Notes under the pieces: generated by a model | Seen by the model: only the letters and a program-made list of their open reading frames with translations | What the model was told of the DNA's origin: nothing | Database searches by the model: none | Shown: in pieces, positions 1 through 12,255 of the stretch | Layout: every line of letters begins with the position of its first letter | Position numbering within the stretch: position 1 is the stretch's first letter | NCBI GenBank assembly: GCA_014859605.1 | Contig: JACUTW010000003.1 | Coordinates: 11,868-75,867 of the forward strand | Origin: Desulfuromonadales bacterium | GTDB taxonomy: Bacteria; Desulfobacterota; Desulfuromonadia; Desulfuromonadales; UBA2197 | DNA length: 64,000 nucleotides | Reading direction: 5' to 3' | Translations under genes and position numbers: made by a program

Positions 1-648
1 GATGATGCTGTCATCGAATATTATGCCAATATCCTTATGCCCTTTGGCGGCCTGATCCGGCGCAAAATCGAGGAGATCGTTAAACTCGGGCTCGAGATCG
101 AGATGATCGCCCCGGATCACGGCGTGATCTGGCGCAAGGACCCCCGCCGTGTTCTGCAACTCTACAACGATATGGCGATTGGTAAAGCTGATTTAAGTGT
201 TGCCATAATCTACGACACCATGTGGCACAGCACCGAAGAGATGACGGTTCCGATTGCGGCCGGTATTCGTGATGCCGGCGTGGATGTGAACGTTATGAAA
301 CTGCGTGCCACCCCGACCAGTGTTGCCATCAAAGAGTTCTGGCGGTCGCGCGGTACCTTGATCGGTTCACCAACTCTGAATAATTTGATGTTTCCGTCGA
401 TTGCTGAATTTCTTTATCATATGCGCGGCCTGCGTCCGACCAACCGGATTGTCAGCGGGTTTGGCAGTTACGGCTGGGGGGGCGGTGCTCTCAAGGAGAT
501 TCTGGCCGAAGGACAGAAGATGGGGCTCGAAGTGGTCGAACCCGGGATCCATCTTGCCTATCGTCCGTCGCGAAGCGACGAAGAAGCCTGCTTCGAATTT
601 GGCCGGAGTTTTGCCGAGCAGGTCAAGGCCTACCACCAAAAGTTCTGA
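1..648 (+). CDS. Flavodiiron protein (FprA / rubredoxin:oxygen oxidoreductase-like), C-terminal part; 5' end lies outside the window
   Basis: Frame 1 is open from nt 1. The flavodoxin-like C-terminal domain shows IIYDTMWHSTEEM, GSPTLNN and GSYGWGGGA, typical of the FMN domain of flavodiiron proteins. Confidence 0.7.
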   Translation, partial: DDAVIEYYANILMPFGGLIRRKIEEIVKLGLEIEMIAPDHGVIWRKDPRRVLQLYNDMAIGKADLSVAIIYDTMWHSTEEMTVPIAAGIRDAGVDVNVMKLRATPTSVAIKEFWRSRGTLIGSPTLNNLMFPSIAEFLYHMRGLRPTNRIVSGFGSYGWGGGALKEILAEGQKMGLEVVEPGIHLAYRPSRSDEEACFEFGRSFAEQVKAYHQKF

Positions 649-680
649 GCGTGGAAAACGGCCCGTTTTTTGTATGATAG

Positions 681-717
681 TACGGCGGAATCATCGTGGG
701 TTCCGCCGTATTTTTTT
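681..717 (+). terminator. Rho-independent terminator
   Basis: Perfect 10-bp stem TACGGCGGAA/TTCCGCCGTA followed by T7, directly after the stop at 648. Confidence 0.85.
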
Positions 718-736
718 GTAATCATTGAGGTATTTC

Positions 737-1567
737 ATGAGATCTTCAAAAAATTGGCTTGTAAAACTTTACCAGCCCGAGGCCGACAGTGTGAAATGGC
801 GGTTTCTTTTCGATTTTCTCGGTGTTGCATCGACGCCTCTGCGTAAAGAAAAAGAGTTGGTACAGTCCCTGTTGTGCGACGAACCCGGACTGGTGGTGAT
901 TGATCGCAATCTCTTGGGGGAGGCCTTTGCAACCATCGAGGCGAGTTGCACTACATGGCTTGCACGGGGCGGGGGGATGGCGTTGACGGGGCATGCCGGA
1001 CTGTGGCCGCTTCCTGCCGCATTTCTTGCCCAAGTCCCCGATATTTCGGAACGCGACCCATTTATGATAAATGCCCTGCTGCATCGATTTGTTCCGACCT
1101 ATTCCCGTCTGCATCCGCGCTTAGGGACACGCCTGCCGGGGCTTTATACGCGTTCGAGCGGCCATTGTCAGATCTGTGAGATCATGAACCTGAGTCCGGG
1201 AGGGGCTTTTATCCGCACGACTGAGACCTTGCCGGTCTTTGGTGAAGAACTGCAGCTCAATGTGCCGTTAATTGGCATGAATAAGGAGATAGAACTCAGC
1301 AGTCGTGTGGTCTCACAATTTTTTCCGAATGAAGAGAACAATTACGCCCAGGGAGTCGGTGTCAAGTTTGTCACGGAGGAAAGTTCTCCGCTCATTGTCG
1401 AATTAAACAACTATGTCCGTTACGTCCTGGCAAATGATGAAATGCTAGTTCCTCGGATCAGTCCTTTTGTCGATGAGGGTTCGAAAAAGATCGGGCACGA
1501 TGTCAAGGCGTTGCCGTCGCGGATTGAGGTTGGCAAGGAGCGGCGGCTTGTCGCGAATTTTCGATAA
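737..1567 (+). CDS. PilZ domain protein (c-di-GMP binding), N-terminal domain of unknown function
   Basis: Both PilZ signatures are intact: RLGTR (RxxxR) and NLSPGG (D/NxSxxG). ATG at 737 has GAGG 6 nt upstream; the ORF track starts at TTG 725. Confidence 0.7.
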   Translation: MRSSKNWLVKLYQPEADSVKWRFLFDFLGVASTPLRKEKELVQSLLCDEPGLVVIDRNLLGEAFATIEASCTTWLARGGGMALTGHAGLWPLPAAFLAQVPDISERDPFMINALLHRFVPTYSRLHPRLGTRLPGLYTRSSGHCQICEIMNLSPGGAFIRTTETLPVFGEELQLNVPLIGMNKEIELSSRVVSQFFPNEENNYAQGVGVKFVTEESSPLIVELNNYVRYVLANDEMLVPRISPFVDEGSKKIGHDVKALPSRIEVGKERRLVANFR

Positions 1568-1589
1568 ATTTTATCTAAGTCATACAAAA

Positions 1590-1638
1590 ATGCCGGTTAC
1601 CGGGAGAGCCTCTCGCGGTAACCGGCATTTCGTTTTTT
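1590..1638 (+). terminator. Rho-independent terminator
   Basis: 13-bp stem ATGCCGGTTACCG/CGGTAACCGGCAT followed by TTCGTTTTTT. Confidence 0.8.
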
Positions 1639-1714
1639 CTTGCGATAATTTCCTTGAATCGATAAAATTTCGAGCTTTTTCAAGATCTTTTTCTTTTTAA
1701 GACGGGATGGTCTG

Positions 1715-2869
1715 TTGAAATCACTCATTCTTTTTATCTTGATAGCTTTTACCCTTGCGGAGTTTTCTCATGCCACGCCTGAACCGGTGCGTGCCAAATC
1801 GTCCGGGGTAGAAAAGGGGGGGGCGACAACTCCTGCCAAGAAGACCGGTGCCGCGAAAAAGACGATCAAGGTTGCTACACAGAAATACAAAGTGCGCTCC
1901 GGGGATAATCTCAGCACCATTGCTCGACGACACGGGATGAAAGTGGCTGATTTGCAACGTATGAACGGTCTGAAAGATTCCCGTTTAAAGATTGGTCAAA
2001 TCCTGCTGGTTGCTGGAAAAATACCGCAGTCGGACAAGGTTCGCGCAACGGAGCTTGTCGAAGAAACCGGCCGGCGTATCACGCAAATTGCCGTCCCTAA
2101 TGCAGAAGGGCATTTTACCGATTCTCTTGAGGCCGTTGGTGTCGAACCGATCGCCCGAACCTACCTCTCTATCCCTTACCGCTATGGTGCCCAGAGTCGT
2201 ACGTCAACGGACTGTTCCGGTTTTGTCCAGCAGGTCTTTCGTGAGTTTGATATTAAACTTCCCCGTACCGCCCGTGAACAGTTCACTGTCGGCATGAAGG
2301 TTGACCGCACCGATCTTGCCAGTGGCGACCTCCTCTTTTTCCGCATGCGTGCCAAGAAAAATTATCCCACCCACGTCGGCATTTACCTTGGTAATGGCAA
2401 GATGATCCACGCCTCCAGTCGCTCGCGCAAGGTAGTGATTTCGGATGTGAATCATCCTTATTATGTCAAACGGTATGTCGGTGCCAAAAGGACGGCGACC
2501 TTCCTCCCCGGCGAAATCGATCTGGAGATGCTGGCCCGTCAGGTGACAGGGACGGATGCTGATGCCCCCCTTGCGGCGGCAATTACTGCGGATGTGAGAG
2601 ATGAAATTGCCGCCATGTTATTCGATTCCGGGGCCGTGACAGCCGATGCTTCTGCGGTCGGGGGTTTTTTTGAGGCCGGGCACGATCTTCAGGATGAAGA
2701 TCCGAAAGAGGAAGGGGATGATTTTGACGATGATCTCGAGCCTGAGGCGGAAGAGATTATTCCTGCATCGCCGCAACTCGGGCTTTTACCCCTCCCGGCA
2801 GAAGAGCTTGCAACCGAGGCTTCAGTCCCGATGGGTTATACGGCCACAACTCTCTCCGCTCAGCGATAA
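1715..2869 (+). CDS. LysM + NlpC/P60 cell-wall peptidase with acidic C-terminal tail
   Basis: Signal peptide is present. LysM motif: YKVRSGDNLSTIARRHGM. NlpC/P60 core: TDCSGFVQQVF ... THVGIYLGNGKMIHAS (Cys/His). TTG start. Confidence 0.85.
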   Translation: MKSLILFILIAFTLAEFSHATPEPVRAKSSGVEKGGATTPAKKTGAAKKTIKVATQKYKVRSGDNLSTIARRHGMKVADLQRMNGLKDSRLKIGQILLVAGKIPQSDKVRATELVEETGRRITQIAVPNAEGHFTDSLEAVGVEPIARTYLSIPYRYGAQSRTSTDCSGFVQQVFREFDIKLPRTAREQFTVGMKVDRTDLASGDLLFFRMRAKKNYPTHVGIYLGNGKMIHASSRSRKVVISDVNHPYYVKRYVGAKRTATFLPGEIDLEMLARQVTGTDADAPLAAAITADVRDEIAAMLFDSGAVTADASAVGGFFEAGHDLQDEDPKEEGDDFDDDLEPEAEEIIPASPQLGLLPLPAEELATEASVPMGYTATTLSAQR

Positions 2870-2905
2870 TGCGCTCCGCACCTTTGTTTTTTCATTCCAG
2901 CGCAT

Positions 2906-2943
2906 AAAAAGGCCGTCCCCCGGAAAAGAGGGACGGCCTTTTT
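2906..2943. terminator. Bidirectional terminator between convergent genes
   Basis: A5-GGCCGTCCC ... GGGACGGCC-T5 hairpin between the + gene ending at 2869 and dnaB ending at 2964. Confidence 0.85.
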
Positions 2944-2963
2944 ATGTGCTGAAATTTGTCCGG

Positions 2964-4340
2964 TTACGAAGGATATTCATCGCGCTCGGAGCGATTTTCA
3001 AAACGGGTATATTCGCCGCGGAAGATGAGTTTGACGGTGCCGATCGGGCCGTTACGCTGCTTGCCGATAATGATCTCGGCGTCCTTCTCATGCCCCTTTT
3101 CGCAAACCTTTTCCCGATTTTTGCACTCTTCACAATAGACGGCATCACGATAAATGAACATGATCACGTCGGCGTCCTGTTCGATAGCGCCGGATTCGCG
3201 CAGGTCGGCCATGATCGGACGTTTATCGGTGCGGTTCTCCAGGGAACGATTCAGCTGGGAAAGGGCAATCACCGGTACGTGCAGTTCCTTCGCCAGACCT
3301 TTGAGCGACCGCGAGATTTCCGAGATCTCCTGCTGCCGGCTCTCGGGATTGGTCCCCGACATCAGCTGCAGATAGTCGACGATAATCAAATCAAGATTCT
3401 TCTCCGCCTTGAGTCGCCGCGCCTTGGCGCGCAATTCCAGGATCGAGATGGAGGGAGTATCATCGATAAAGATCTGCGATTTGGCAATACGATCGGCGGC
3501 TTCAAAAAGTTTCGGCCAATCGGAATCGCTAAACTGGCCTCGCCGCATCCGGCTGGCGTCGACATGAGAGATCGAACTCAAGAAGCGTTGGATCAGCTGT
3601 TCTTTACTCATCTCCAGAGAGAAGATCAGCGCTGATACCGGTTTTGGGCCGGAAATCGCTGAGTTTTCGACAAGGTTGAGCACAAAAGCGGTTTTCCCCA
3701 TCGACGGACGGGCTGCGATGATAATCAGGTCCCCGGACTGGAATCCGGCCGTCATGTCGTCGAGTTGGGCAAAACCGGTGGGAATCCCGGTGACCAGTTC
3801 TTTGCGTGTGTACAGGGTCTCAAGGATAGCAATGGTCGATTTGACCACTTCGCGAGCGGAAAAATACGATTGCTGGGTCTTCATCGACGTGAGTTCGAAG
3901 ATCGACTTCTCTGCCCAGTCGAGGAGCGTATCGGCCTGCCCGCCATCGTAGCCGCGGCCGGCAATCTCCGTCGCAACATTGATGATCTGGCGGTTCAGTG
4001 CCTTTTCTTTGACGATGCGGCTGTAATACAGGATGTTGGCAGCAGTCGGAACATAATCGACCAGGGTCGCCAGGTAGGAAGAGCCGCCAATCGCTTCGAG
4101 TTCGTTGCGACTTTGCAGCGCACCCGTGAGGGTGACAAGGTCGGCCGGTTCACCGCGATCTGAGAGTTCGAGGAGGGCGGAAAAGATCTTACCGTGGCTG
4201 CTGCGGTAAAAGTCGTCAGGGCGCAGGATTTCGACGGCGCGATTGAGCGCGTCATTTTCGAGGAGGATACCGCCGAGGACGGACATCTCGGCTTCGATAT
4301 TTTGCGGCGGCAGCCGGCGTGACGCATACTCTTCGGACAT
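2964..4340 (-). CDS. dnaB: Replicative DNA helicase DnaB
   Basis: N-terminus PPQNIEAEMSVLGGILL; Walker A ARPSMGKTAF; IVDYLQLM; SQLNRSLE. Start chosen at MSEEY (4340); the ORF extends to 4367. Confidence 0.95.
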   Translation of the reverse strand: MSEEYASRRLPPQNIEAEMSVLGGILLENDALNRAVEILRPDDFYRSSHGKIFSALLELSDRGEPADLVTLTGALQSRNELEAIGGSSYLATLVDYVPTAANILYYSRIVKEKALNRQIINVATEIAGRGYDGGQADTLLDWAEKSIFELTSMKTQQSYFSAREVVKSTIAILETLYTRKELVTGIPTGFAQLDDMTAGFQSGDLIIIAARPSMGKTAFVLNLVENSAISGPKPVSALIFSLEMSKEQLIQRFLSSISHVDASRMRRGQFSDSDWPKLFEAADRIAKSQIFIDDTPSISILELRAKARRLKAEKNLDLIIVDYLQLMSGTNPESRQQEISEISRSLKGLAKELHVPVIALSQLNRSLENRTDKRPIMADLRESGAIEQDADVIMFIYRDAVYCEECKNREKVCEKGHEKDAEIIIGKQRNGPIGTVKLIFRGEYTRFENRSERDEYPS

Positions 4341-4365
4341 AACAGGGAATAACCAGGATGAGAGC

Positions 4366-4403
4366 AAAGGGGACGGAGGAGCTTGTCTCCGCCGTCCCCT
4401 TTG
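4366..4403 (-). terminator. Putative terminator after rplI
   Basis: Imperfect GC-rich hairpin GGGGACGG..CCGTCCCC followed by TTTG on the minus strand. Confidence 0.55.
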
Positions 4404-4416
4404 TTATTGAAGCAGA

Positions 4417-4863
4417 TTAAGCAGCAGCATTGACCACAACATTGATTGTGGCAACAATACCCGCTGTGAGTTTGATCGAAACGGCGTGTTCGCCAAGAGT
4501 CTTGATGTGATCGTCAAGAACAATCTTCTTGCGATCAATTTCGATCCCTTGATCCGCCAGTTTTGTCGCGATGTCAAGGGACGTAACCGAACCGAAGAGT
4601 TTGCCTTCCTCACCGGCGCGCAAGGCGAAGACGAAGTTGATTTTTTCGATTTGTGCTTTGAGCAATTCAGCGTCCTGAAGCTGTTTTTGCACTTTGTGTG
4701 CGAGTTGACGCTTGTTATGCTCAAGTTCCTTGAGATTTTTCAGGTTTGCCATGACGGCAAGGCCCTGGGGTACGAGATAGTTGCGGGCATAACCGGGTTT
4801 GACCACGAGTTGGTCGCCGATTTTGCCGAGACCCTCGACGTTTTCGGTGAGAATGATGTTCAT
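4417..4863 (-). CDS. rplI: 50S ribosomal protein L9
   Basis: MNIILTENVEGLGKIGDQLVVKPGYARNYLVPQG is the canonical L9 N-terminus. Confidence 0.95.
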   Translation of the reverse strand: MNIILTENVEGLGKIGDQLVVKPGYARNYLVPQGLAVMANLKNLKELEHNKRQLAHKVQKQLQDAELLKAQIEKINFVFALRAGEEGKLFGSVTSLDIATKLADQGIEIDRKKIVLDDHIKTLGEHAVSIKLTAGIVATINVVVNAAA

Positions 4864-4888
4864 CGCTATCCTCCTGCGAGAAAGTATC

Positions 4889-5824
4889 TTAGTCTGAGTT
4901 CGGTTTGACGCGTTTTGTTCTGAAATTACCCCAGAGATCAAAGAGTCCCACCCCGGCCAGAAGGAAGGGAAGAGGATTGAAGAGGGCTAAAAACAGATAA
5001 GAAATCGCGCGCAACCACAGCGAAGTGCCGCGTTGCTGAAAATAATAAGTGACGATAGCCAGTCCCTGCAGATAATAGAGCGGAAATAAAACAACCAGCA
5101 GGTTAATGGCGATCGTCTGGAACGTTCCCGTTGCAAAAAAAGCAGCAAACCCGGCGGTTATCATTGGCCAGACAAGATAGTCCGGCAATTTCCAGTCAAT
5201 AAACGCTGGTCCGGGAACCAGGTTCCGGGTCGTCGGGAGCAAGCAAAGGAGACAGACCTGAACCAGGAGTAAAAAACCGGCTAAAAATGCCACTATCGCC
5301 GGCCAGATGATCCCCATGGTCTTTCCCAGATCATCGAGAACTGTCAGGAGTTGTTCTTTTTGTTCAGCCGGCAGATCTTCTGACTGGCTGTAGAGTTCCT
5401 TGAGTTGTCCAATCTCTTTCCCGATATAATCATTGAACATGGAATCAAGAGCGATGCCCCGTGATGCTGCTTCTGCGACTATAACAATAGCCACGGTCAG
5501 AATCATCACCGCCCAGGAGAGGGCGATTGCTTTGTCCCAGTGTCGTCCTTGCCGCAACAATAAGGGGAGCAGCAGAGACGCGATGCTGAATTGCAGCAGA
5601 TAAGCAACTGTCCCGCCGGCCGGACTGACTGCAGCAAGCAAAGCTGAAGACGCGAGCAGAGCGATGAGGCCCGGACGCAATCCTTGACGCAAGGTCAATG
5701 CTGCAATCGGTAACGGGACCAGCAGGTTGAAAAAGAACGACGTTGCTTTCAGTGCGCCGGCCGCAAAGACGAGGCCGACAGTTGCCAGTATGGCCCCCAA
5801 AAGAGGGGCGATGCCCGTTAACAT
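4889..5824 (-). CDS. DUF2232 (YybS-like) polytopic membrane protein
   Basis: Multi-TM protein lying between rpsR and rplI, the conserved position of the YybS/DUF2232 family. Confidence 0.65.
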   Translation of the reverse strand: MLTGIAPLLGAILATVGLVFAAGALKATSFFFNLLVPLPIAALTLRQGLRPGLIALLASSALLAAVSPAGGTVAYLLQFSIASLLLPLLLRQGRHWDKAIALSWAVMILTVAIVIVAEAASRGIALDSMFNDYIGKEIGQLKELYSQSEDLPAEQKEQLLTVLDDLGKTMGIIWPAIVAFLAGFLLLVQVCLLCLLPTTRNLVPGPAFIDWKLPDYLVWPMITAGFAAFFATGTFQTIAINLLVVLFPLYYLQGLAIVTYYFQQRGTSLWLRAISYLFLALFNPLPFLLAGVGLFDLWGNFRTKRVKPNSD

Positions 5825-5842
5825 AGGGGCAGATGTCTCAAT

Positions 5843-6109
5843 TTAATCGCCCTGTCCCGCAGTGAAGGGGAGCAGTGCAATGTTGCGTGCCAGTTTGATC
5901 GCTTCGTTGACTTTACGCTGGTGCTCCGCACAGTTGCCGGAAATACGCCGCGGCACGATTTTGCCCCGCTCCGAGATGAAGTAGCGGAGGGATTTCGTCT
6001 CTTTGTAATCGATCTTCAAGGCAGAGTCAGCACAGTAACGGCAGCCTTTGCGGCGGGTAAAACGTCTACGGGCACCACCCGGGGCGCTCGGTCTCTTTTC
6101 GTAAGCCAT
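5843..6109 (-). CDS. rpsR: 30S ribosomal protein S18
   Basis: RRKGCRYC ... [33 protein letters not shown]. Confidence 0.95.
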   Translation of the reverse strand: MAYEKRPSAPGGARRRFTRRKGCRYCADSALKIDYKETKSLRYFISERGKIVPRRISGNCAEHQRKVNEAIKLARNIALLPFTAGQGD

Positions 6110-6133
6110 CTTTTATCTCCTCCGTGACAGTAA

Positions 6134-6535
6134 TCAGGCGTTTTCTTCGGTAGCTTCTTCGGCGTTTACCAACTCAACATCCTCGGTCGGCGCTTCAACG
6201 ACCGGTGCGGCAACAGCTTCGACTGCCACAGCTGGCATCACGAAGCCTTTTTCGAGGTGAATGTTGATAAACTTGATGATCGATTCGTCGAGGCGCAGAC
6301 GGCGCTCATACTCGAGAATGATCTTCGGATCGGCTTCAAAGATGACCAGGACATAACTGCCGCGGTTCTGTTTTTTGACCGTGTAGGCCAACTTGCGGAC
6401 GCCCCATTCATCGACCTTGATGATCGATGCGCCCTGATCGGTCAGGACCCCCTTGAACTTGTCGATAACAGCCGTATAGGCGTCACCGGTCAAATCCGGG
6501 CGGACGATGAAGATTGATTCGTACGTACGTGTCAT
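6134..6535 (-). CDS. rpsF: 30S ribosomal protein S6
   Basis: MTRTYESIFIVRPDL ... WGVRKLAY. AAGGAG RBS lies upstream of ATG 6535; the ORF track extends to 6604. Confidence 0.95.
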   Translation of the reverse strand: MTRTYESIFIVRPDLTGDAYTAVIDKFKGVLTDQGASIIKVDEWGVRKLAYTVKKQNRGSYVLVIFEADPKIILEYERRLRLDESIIKFINIHLEKGFVMPAVAVEAVAAPVVEAPTEDVELVNAEEATEENA

Positions 6536-6696
6536 GCTGAACTCCTTGTGGGTATTAAGCCCCGGCACCATGCCGGAGCAAGGAGAGATGGTTCGCTTGT
6601 GCAAGCGCCATCACCTTATCGAACGAAAACTTTTATCACAATGGCTTGTCTGGAGCAAGGTTTTTTCGATATACAGCTCCGAGCAGGAAGCCGGTG

Positions 6697-7791
6697 TTAA
6701 ACATTAAAGCGGAAATGCATCAGATCTCCGTCCTTGACGACATATTCTTTACCTTCCAGGCGCATGAGACCTTTTTCTTTGGCTCCGGCTTCACCGCGGC
6801 AGGCGATAAAGTCTTCATAGGCGATGACTTCGGCGCGGATAAAGCCTTTCTCAAAGTCTGTATGAATGACTCCGGCCGCCTGGGGTGCCTTGGCCCCTTT
6901 GGGGATAGTCCAGGCCCGAACCTCTTTGACTCCGGCGGTAAAGTAGGTGATCAACCCCAGGAGTTTGTAGCCGGCATGAATCATCCGGTCAAGGCCGGAC
7001 TCTTCCAGGCCGAGATCCTGCAGAAAGTCGATCTTTTCGTCCTCAGACAATTCGGCAATTTCCGACTCGATCTTGCCGCAGATAATGACAAATTCCGATC
7101 CTTCCGCCTGCGCGTAGGCGCGTACCTTTTCGACAAAGGGATGTTTGCCGTCCAGATCGTCTTCGCTGACATTGGCGACATACAGGACGGGCTTGTCGGT
7201 AATCAGGTGCAGATCGCGCAGGATCAGCCGTTCTTCGCTGCTGAGAGTACAGGACAGTGCTGTTTTGCCGTTGTTCAAGGCTTCGCGCACCTTGATCAGG
7301 ACGGCAAGCTCTTCCTGAAGCTTTTTGTCGCCGCTGCGTGCCTGTTTTTCTGACCGGGAAATGCGTTTGTCGACCGTATCAAGGTCGGAAAGGTTGAGTT
7401 CCGTCTGAATGACTTCAATATCACGCAGTGGATCGACGGTGCCATCGACATGGACGACATTTTCATCTTCGAAACAGCGGACAATATGAGCGATCGCTTC
7501 GACTTGCCGGATGTGCCCGAGAAATTGATTACCCAATCCTTCGCCTTGGCTGGCGCCTTTCACCAGACCGGCAATATCGACAAATTCCATGGCAGTCGGC
7601 AGCACCCGTTGCGGGTTGACGATTTCGGCAAGGGCTTCCAGACGTTTGTCACGCATCGAGACGACGCCAACGTTCGGTTCTATGGTGCAAAAAGGGTAGT
7701 TGGCCGCTTCGGCCCCGGCGCTGGTGATGGCATTGAAGATGGTCGATTTGCCGACGTTCGGCAGTCCGACGATGCCGCATTTGAAACCCAT
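6697..7791 (-). CDS. ychF: Ribosome-binding ATPase YchF
   Basis: [23 protein letters not shown], with a C-terminal TGS-like region. Confidence 0.95.
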   Translation of the reverse strand: MGFKCGIVGLPNVGKSTIFNAITSAGAEAANYPFCTIEPNVGVVSMRDKRLEALAEIVNPQRVLPTAMEFVDIAGLVKGASQGEGLGNQFLGHIRQVEAIAHIVRCFEDENVVHVDGTVDPLRDIEVIQTELNLSDLDTVDKRISRSEKQARSGDKKLQEELAVLIKVREALNNGKTALSCTLSSEERLILRDLHLITDKPVLYVANVSEDDLDGKHPFVEKVRAYAQAEGSEFVIICGKIESEIAELSEDEKIDFLQDLGLEESGLDRMIHAGYKLLGLITYFTAGVKEVRAWTIPKGAKAPQAAGVIHTDFEKGFIRAEVIAYEDFIACRGEAGAKEKGLMRLEGKEYVVKDGDLMHFRFNV

Positions 7792-7810
7792 GGAGAATCC
7801 TTCCTCAAAC

Positions 7811-7848
7811 GGAGAATAGCCGGGGCGCTGTGGCCCCGGCTATTCTCC
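7811..7848 (-). terminator. Putative terminator after hppA
   Basis: 16-bp stem GGAGAATAGCCGGGGC/GCCCCGGCTATTCTCC. Confidence 0.6.
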
Positions 7849-7878
7849 GGAAAATAACTGGAACTTTATGGCGAGCTA

Positions 7879-9927
<2,049 letters not shown>

Positions 9928-9970
9928 CTTGCGGTAATCCTCTCTTTCGTGGGCGATATTAATCTATGGG

Positions 9971-10543
9971 TCAGGAAAGAACCTGTTGATTGTTGAACTC
10001 GTTCATGGCTGCTGCGCTGCCATGTGTGGCGATAGTCTTGATGACCTGGACTGCTAGGTCGAGCAGTTCGGGGAGTTGTCGCCGTTCCGTTGCGTCAAAG
10101 TTACCGAGGACATAGTCTGCAACTTCTCCGGATTGCGGTCGACCGATTCCGATTTTGAGTCGGCAGAAGTCACCGGTGCCGAGGGTTGTAGCAATGTTGC
10201 GAATACCGTTGTGCCCGCCGTGTCCGCCGCCAACTCGTAGCCGCAAGCGACTGAAAGGGAGGTCGATGTCATCGTGGATAACAATCAAATCCCCCGGAGG
10301 GACGCCGAGGGATTTGTAGGCTGAGGAGACGCTGGCGCCGCTGACATTCATAAACGTTTGCGGTAGTAGGATCATTGTTTCGATCCCTTCTATGCGACCA
10401 ACGCCATAAATGCCCTGATGACCTTGGCGCTTAAGGGCGACCCCTAATTGTTCTGCCAGTCTTCGCGCGACCATAAACCCGATATTGTGGCGGGTTCCTT
10501 CATACTTAGAGCCGGGGTTACCCAGGCCGACGATCAGTTTCAC
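9971..10543 (-). CDS. pth: Peptidyl-tRNA hydrolase
   Basis: MKLIVGLGNPGSKYEGTRHNIGF ... GGHGGHNG. Confidence 0.95.
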   Translation of the reverse strand: MKLIVGLGNPGSKYEGTRHNIGFMVARRLAEQLGVALKRQGHQGIYGVGRIEGIETMILLPQTFMNVSGASVSSAYKSLGVPPGDLIVIHDDIDLPFSRLRLRVGGGHGGHNGIRNIATTLGTGDFCRLKIGIGRPQSGEVADYVLGNFDATERRQLPELLDLAVQVIKTIATHGSAAAMNEFNNQQVLS

Positions 10544-10555
10544 GCGTTAATGGGA

Positions 10556-11137
10556 TCAGGCCTCAGCCTGTTCCTCAGTTACCGCAGTAACGCCGGTAAC
10601 GGTGAGAATAGTAAAGTTGACATCGTGCGGTGCTTCGACCCCGACAGGGAGTTTCAGGTCGTTAACATGAAGAACGGTACCGATTTTCAGGGCGGTCACG
10701 TCGATTTCTATCGCCGCAGGAATCGCTGTCGGCAGGCAGGAGACTTCAAGCTCATGACGAATCAACTGCAGGCTGCCGCCATCTTTTTCCCCTTGGGATT
10801 TACCGATGGTGTGCAGGGGAACCATAACCTGTACCGGTTTGGTCAGGTCGATTGCCAGAAAATCAACGTGCATGATGGTGCGACGAATCGCGTGCTTCTT
10901 GATTTCCTTGACAATAACCACCTTGCCATCAAAGGGACCTTCACCCTTGAGTGTGATCAGGGTGTTGATGTCACGACCAAGGGCTTTTTTGAAGGTTTTC
11001 GGGTCGATGGTGATCGCGCAGGGTTCCATCCCTTTGCCATAGACAACGGCCGGAGCCTGCTCCTGGCTACGCAGAACACGGTTGCCTCCTTTGCCGAGGC
11101 GGGTGCGGGTAGAAACGTTTAATTCAGCTTGTGACAT
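10556..11137 (-). CDS. rplY: 50S ribosomal protein L25 / general stress protein Ctc
   Basis: RTRLGKGGNRVLR ... PAVVYG ... VDFL, and position in the pth-ctc-prs synteny. Confidence 0.9.
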   Translation of the reverse strand: MSQAELNVSTRTRLGKGGNRVLRSQEQAPAVVYGKGMEPCAITIDPKTFKKALGRDINTLITLKGEGPFDGKVVIVKEIKKHAIRRTIMHVDFLAIDLTKPVQVMVPLHTIGKSQGEKDGGSLQLIRHELEVSCLPTAIPAAIEIDVTALKIGTVLHVNDLKLPVGVEAPHDVNFTILTVTGVTAVTEEQAEA

Positions 11138-11209
11138 GATCTTCCTCCATTCACTCTTAAAAGAGACGTGCAGCGTTTATATCGTTGTTCGGTTCAATGA
11201 TTCAGTGGA

Positions 11210-12148
11210 TTAGACGAAGAGAGAACTGACTGATTCGTCGCCATGAATACGTCGGATGGCTTCGGCCAGAAGGTCGGCAACGGAAAGGACTCGAAGTTTC
11301 GGGCACTCTGTTGTCTTGTCCTGCACCGGTATTGTATTGGTTACGACCACTTCATGAAGACAACTGGCGTTGATCCGCTCAAGTGCCGGGCCGGAAAGGA
11401 CCGCGTGCGCTGCATAAGCGTAGACTTCTTTGGCGCCGCTGTCTTTGATCGCTTTTGCCGCCTGACACAGGGTGCCGGCAGTATCGATCATGTCATCGAC
11501 AATGATACAAGTCTGATCTGCGACATCGCCGATGATGTGCATAACTTCTGAGACATTCGGCCCGCTGCGACGTTTGTCGATGATGGCCAGGCCGGCATCA
11601 AGGCGCTTGGCGATCGCCCGGGCCCGTTCTACTCCTCCGGCATCGGGAGAGACGACAACCACCCGCTCTTTAAAGCGATTCCCCATGTCATGGAGCATGA
11701 CCGGATTGGTGTAAAGATGGTCGACCGGGACATTGAAAAAGCCTTGAATCTGGCCGGCATGCAAATCGATGGTCAAAACGCGGTCAGCGCCGGCGGTCTC
11801 GATAAGGTCGGCGACAAGTTTACTGGTGATCGGTGTCCGTGGGGCAACCTTGCGATCCTGGCGTGCATAACCGAAATAAGGAATAACCGCGGTGATCTTC
11901 TTGGCCGACGCACGTTTCAGTGCATCGATCATGATCAATATCTCCATGAGGTTATTGTTAGTCGGGGAGCAGGTCGACTGCAGCACATAGACTTCAGAGC
12001 CGCGGACGTTTTCGCCGATCTCCACCATGATTTCGCCGTCAGAGAAGTTTTTCACTTTGGCGTTGCCGAGATTGATATTCAGGCAATCACAGATTTCACG
12101 GGCCAGGGCAGGGTTAGAGTTTCCGCAAAAGATCTTGAGTTTATTCAT
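11210..12148 (-). CDS. prs: Ribose-phosphate pyrophosphokinase
   Basis: [19 protein letters not shown] ... [10 protein letters not shown] ... [11 protein letters not shown] ... [11 protein letters not shown]. The ORF track extension to 12331 runs through tRNA-Gln and was discarded. Confidence 0.95.
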   Translation of the reverse strand: MNKLKIFCGNSNPALAREICDCLNINLGNAKVKNFSDGEIMVEIGENVRGSEVYVLQSTCSPTNNNLMEILIMIDALKRASAKKITAVIPYFGYARQDRKVAPRTPITSKLVADLIETAGADRVLTIDLHAGQIQGFFNVPVDHLYTNPVMLHDMGNRFKERVVVVSPDAGGVERARAIAKRLDAGLAIIDKRRSGPNVSEVMHIIGDVADQTCIIVDDMIDTAGTLCQAAKAIKDSGAKEVYAYAAHAVLSGPALERINASCLHEVVVTNTIPVQDKTTECPKLRVLSVADLLAEAIRRIHGDESVSSLFV

Positions 12149-12255
12149 TGCCGCTACCTTCTTTGGTTGCCCGGAAAAACTCAGGTCATGGCGAGCCATG
12201 ACCTGACGGCTGCTGTTATGCCGCGTTACTGCTGTCGCGACATAAACTGATTTTG

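Noticed and set aside
4889-5824. rpsR-DUF2232-rplI-dnaB order without the GdpP (c-di-AMP phosphodiesterase) gene that accompanies YybS in Firmicutes.
   Set aside because: This is probably the normal arrangement in this lineage. Without comparative data it is not evidence of anything unusual.
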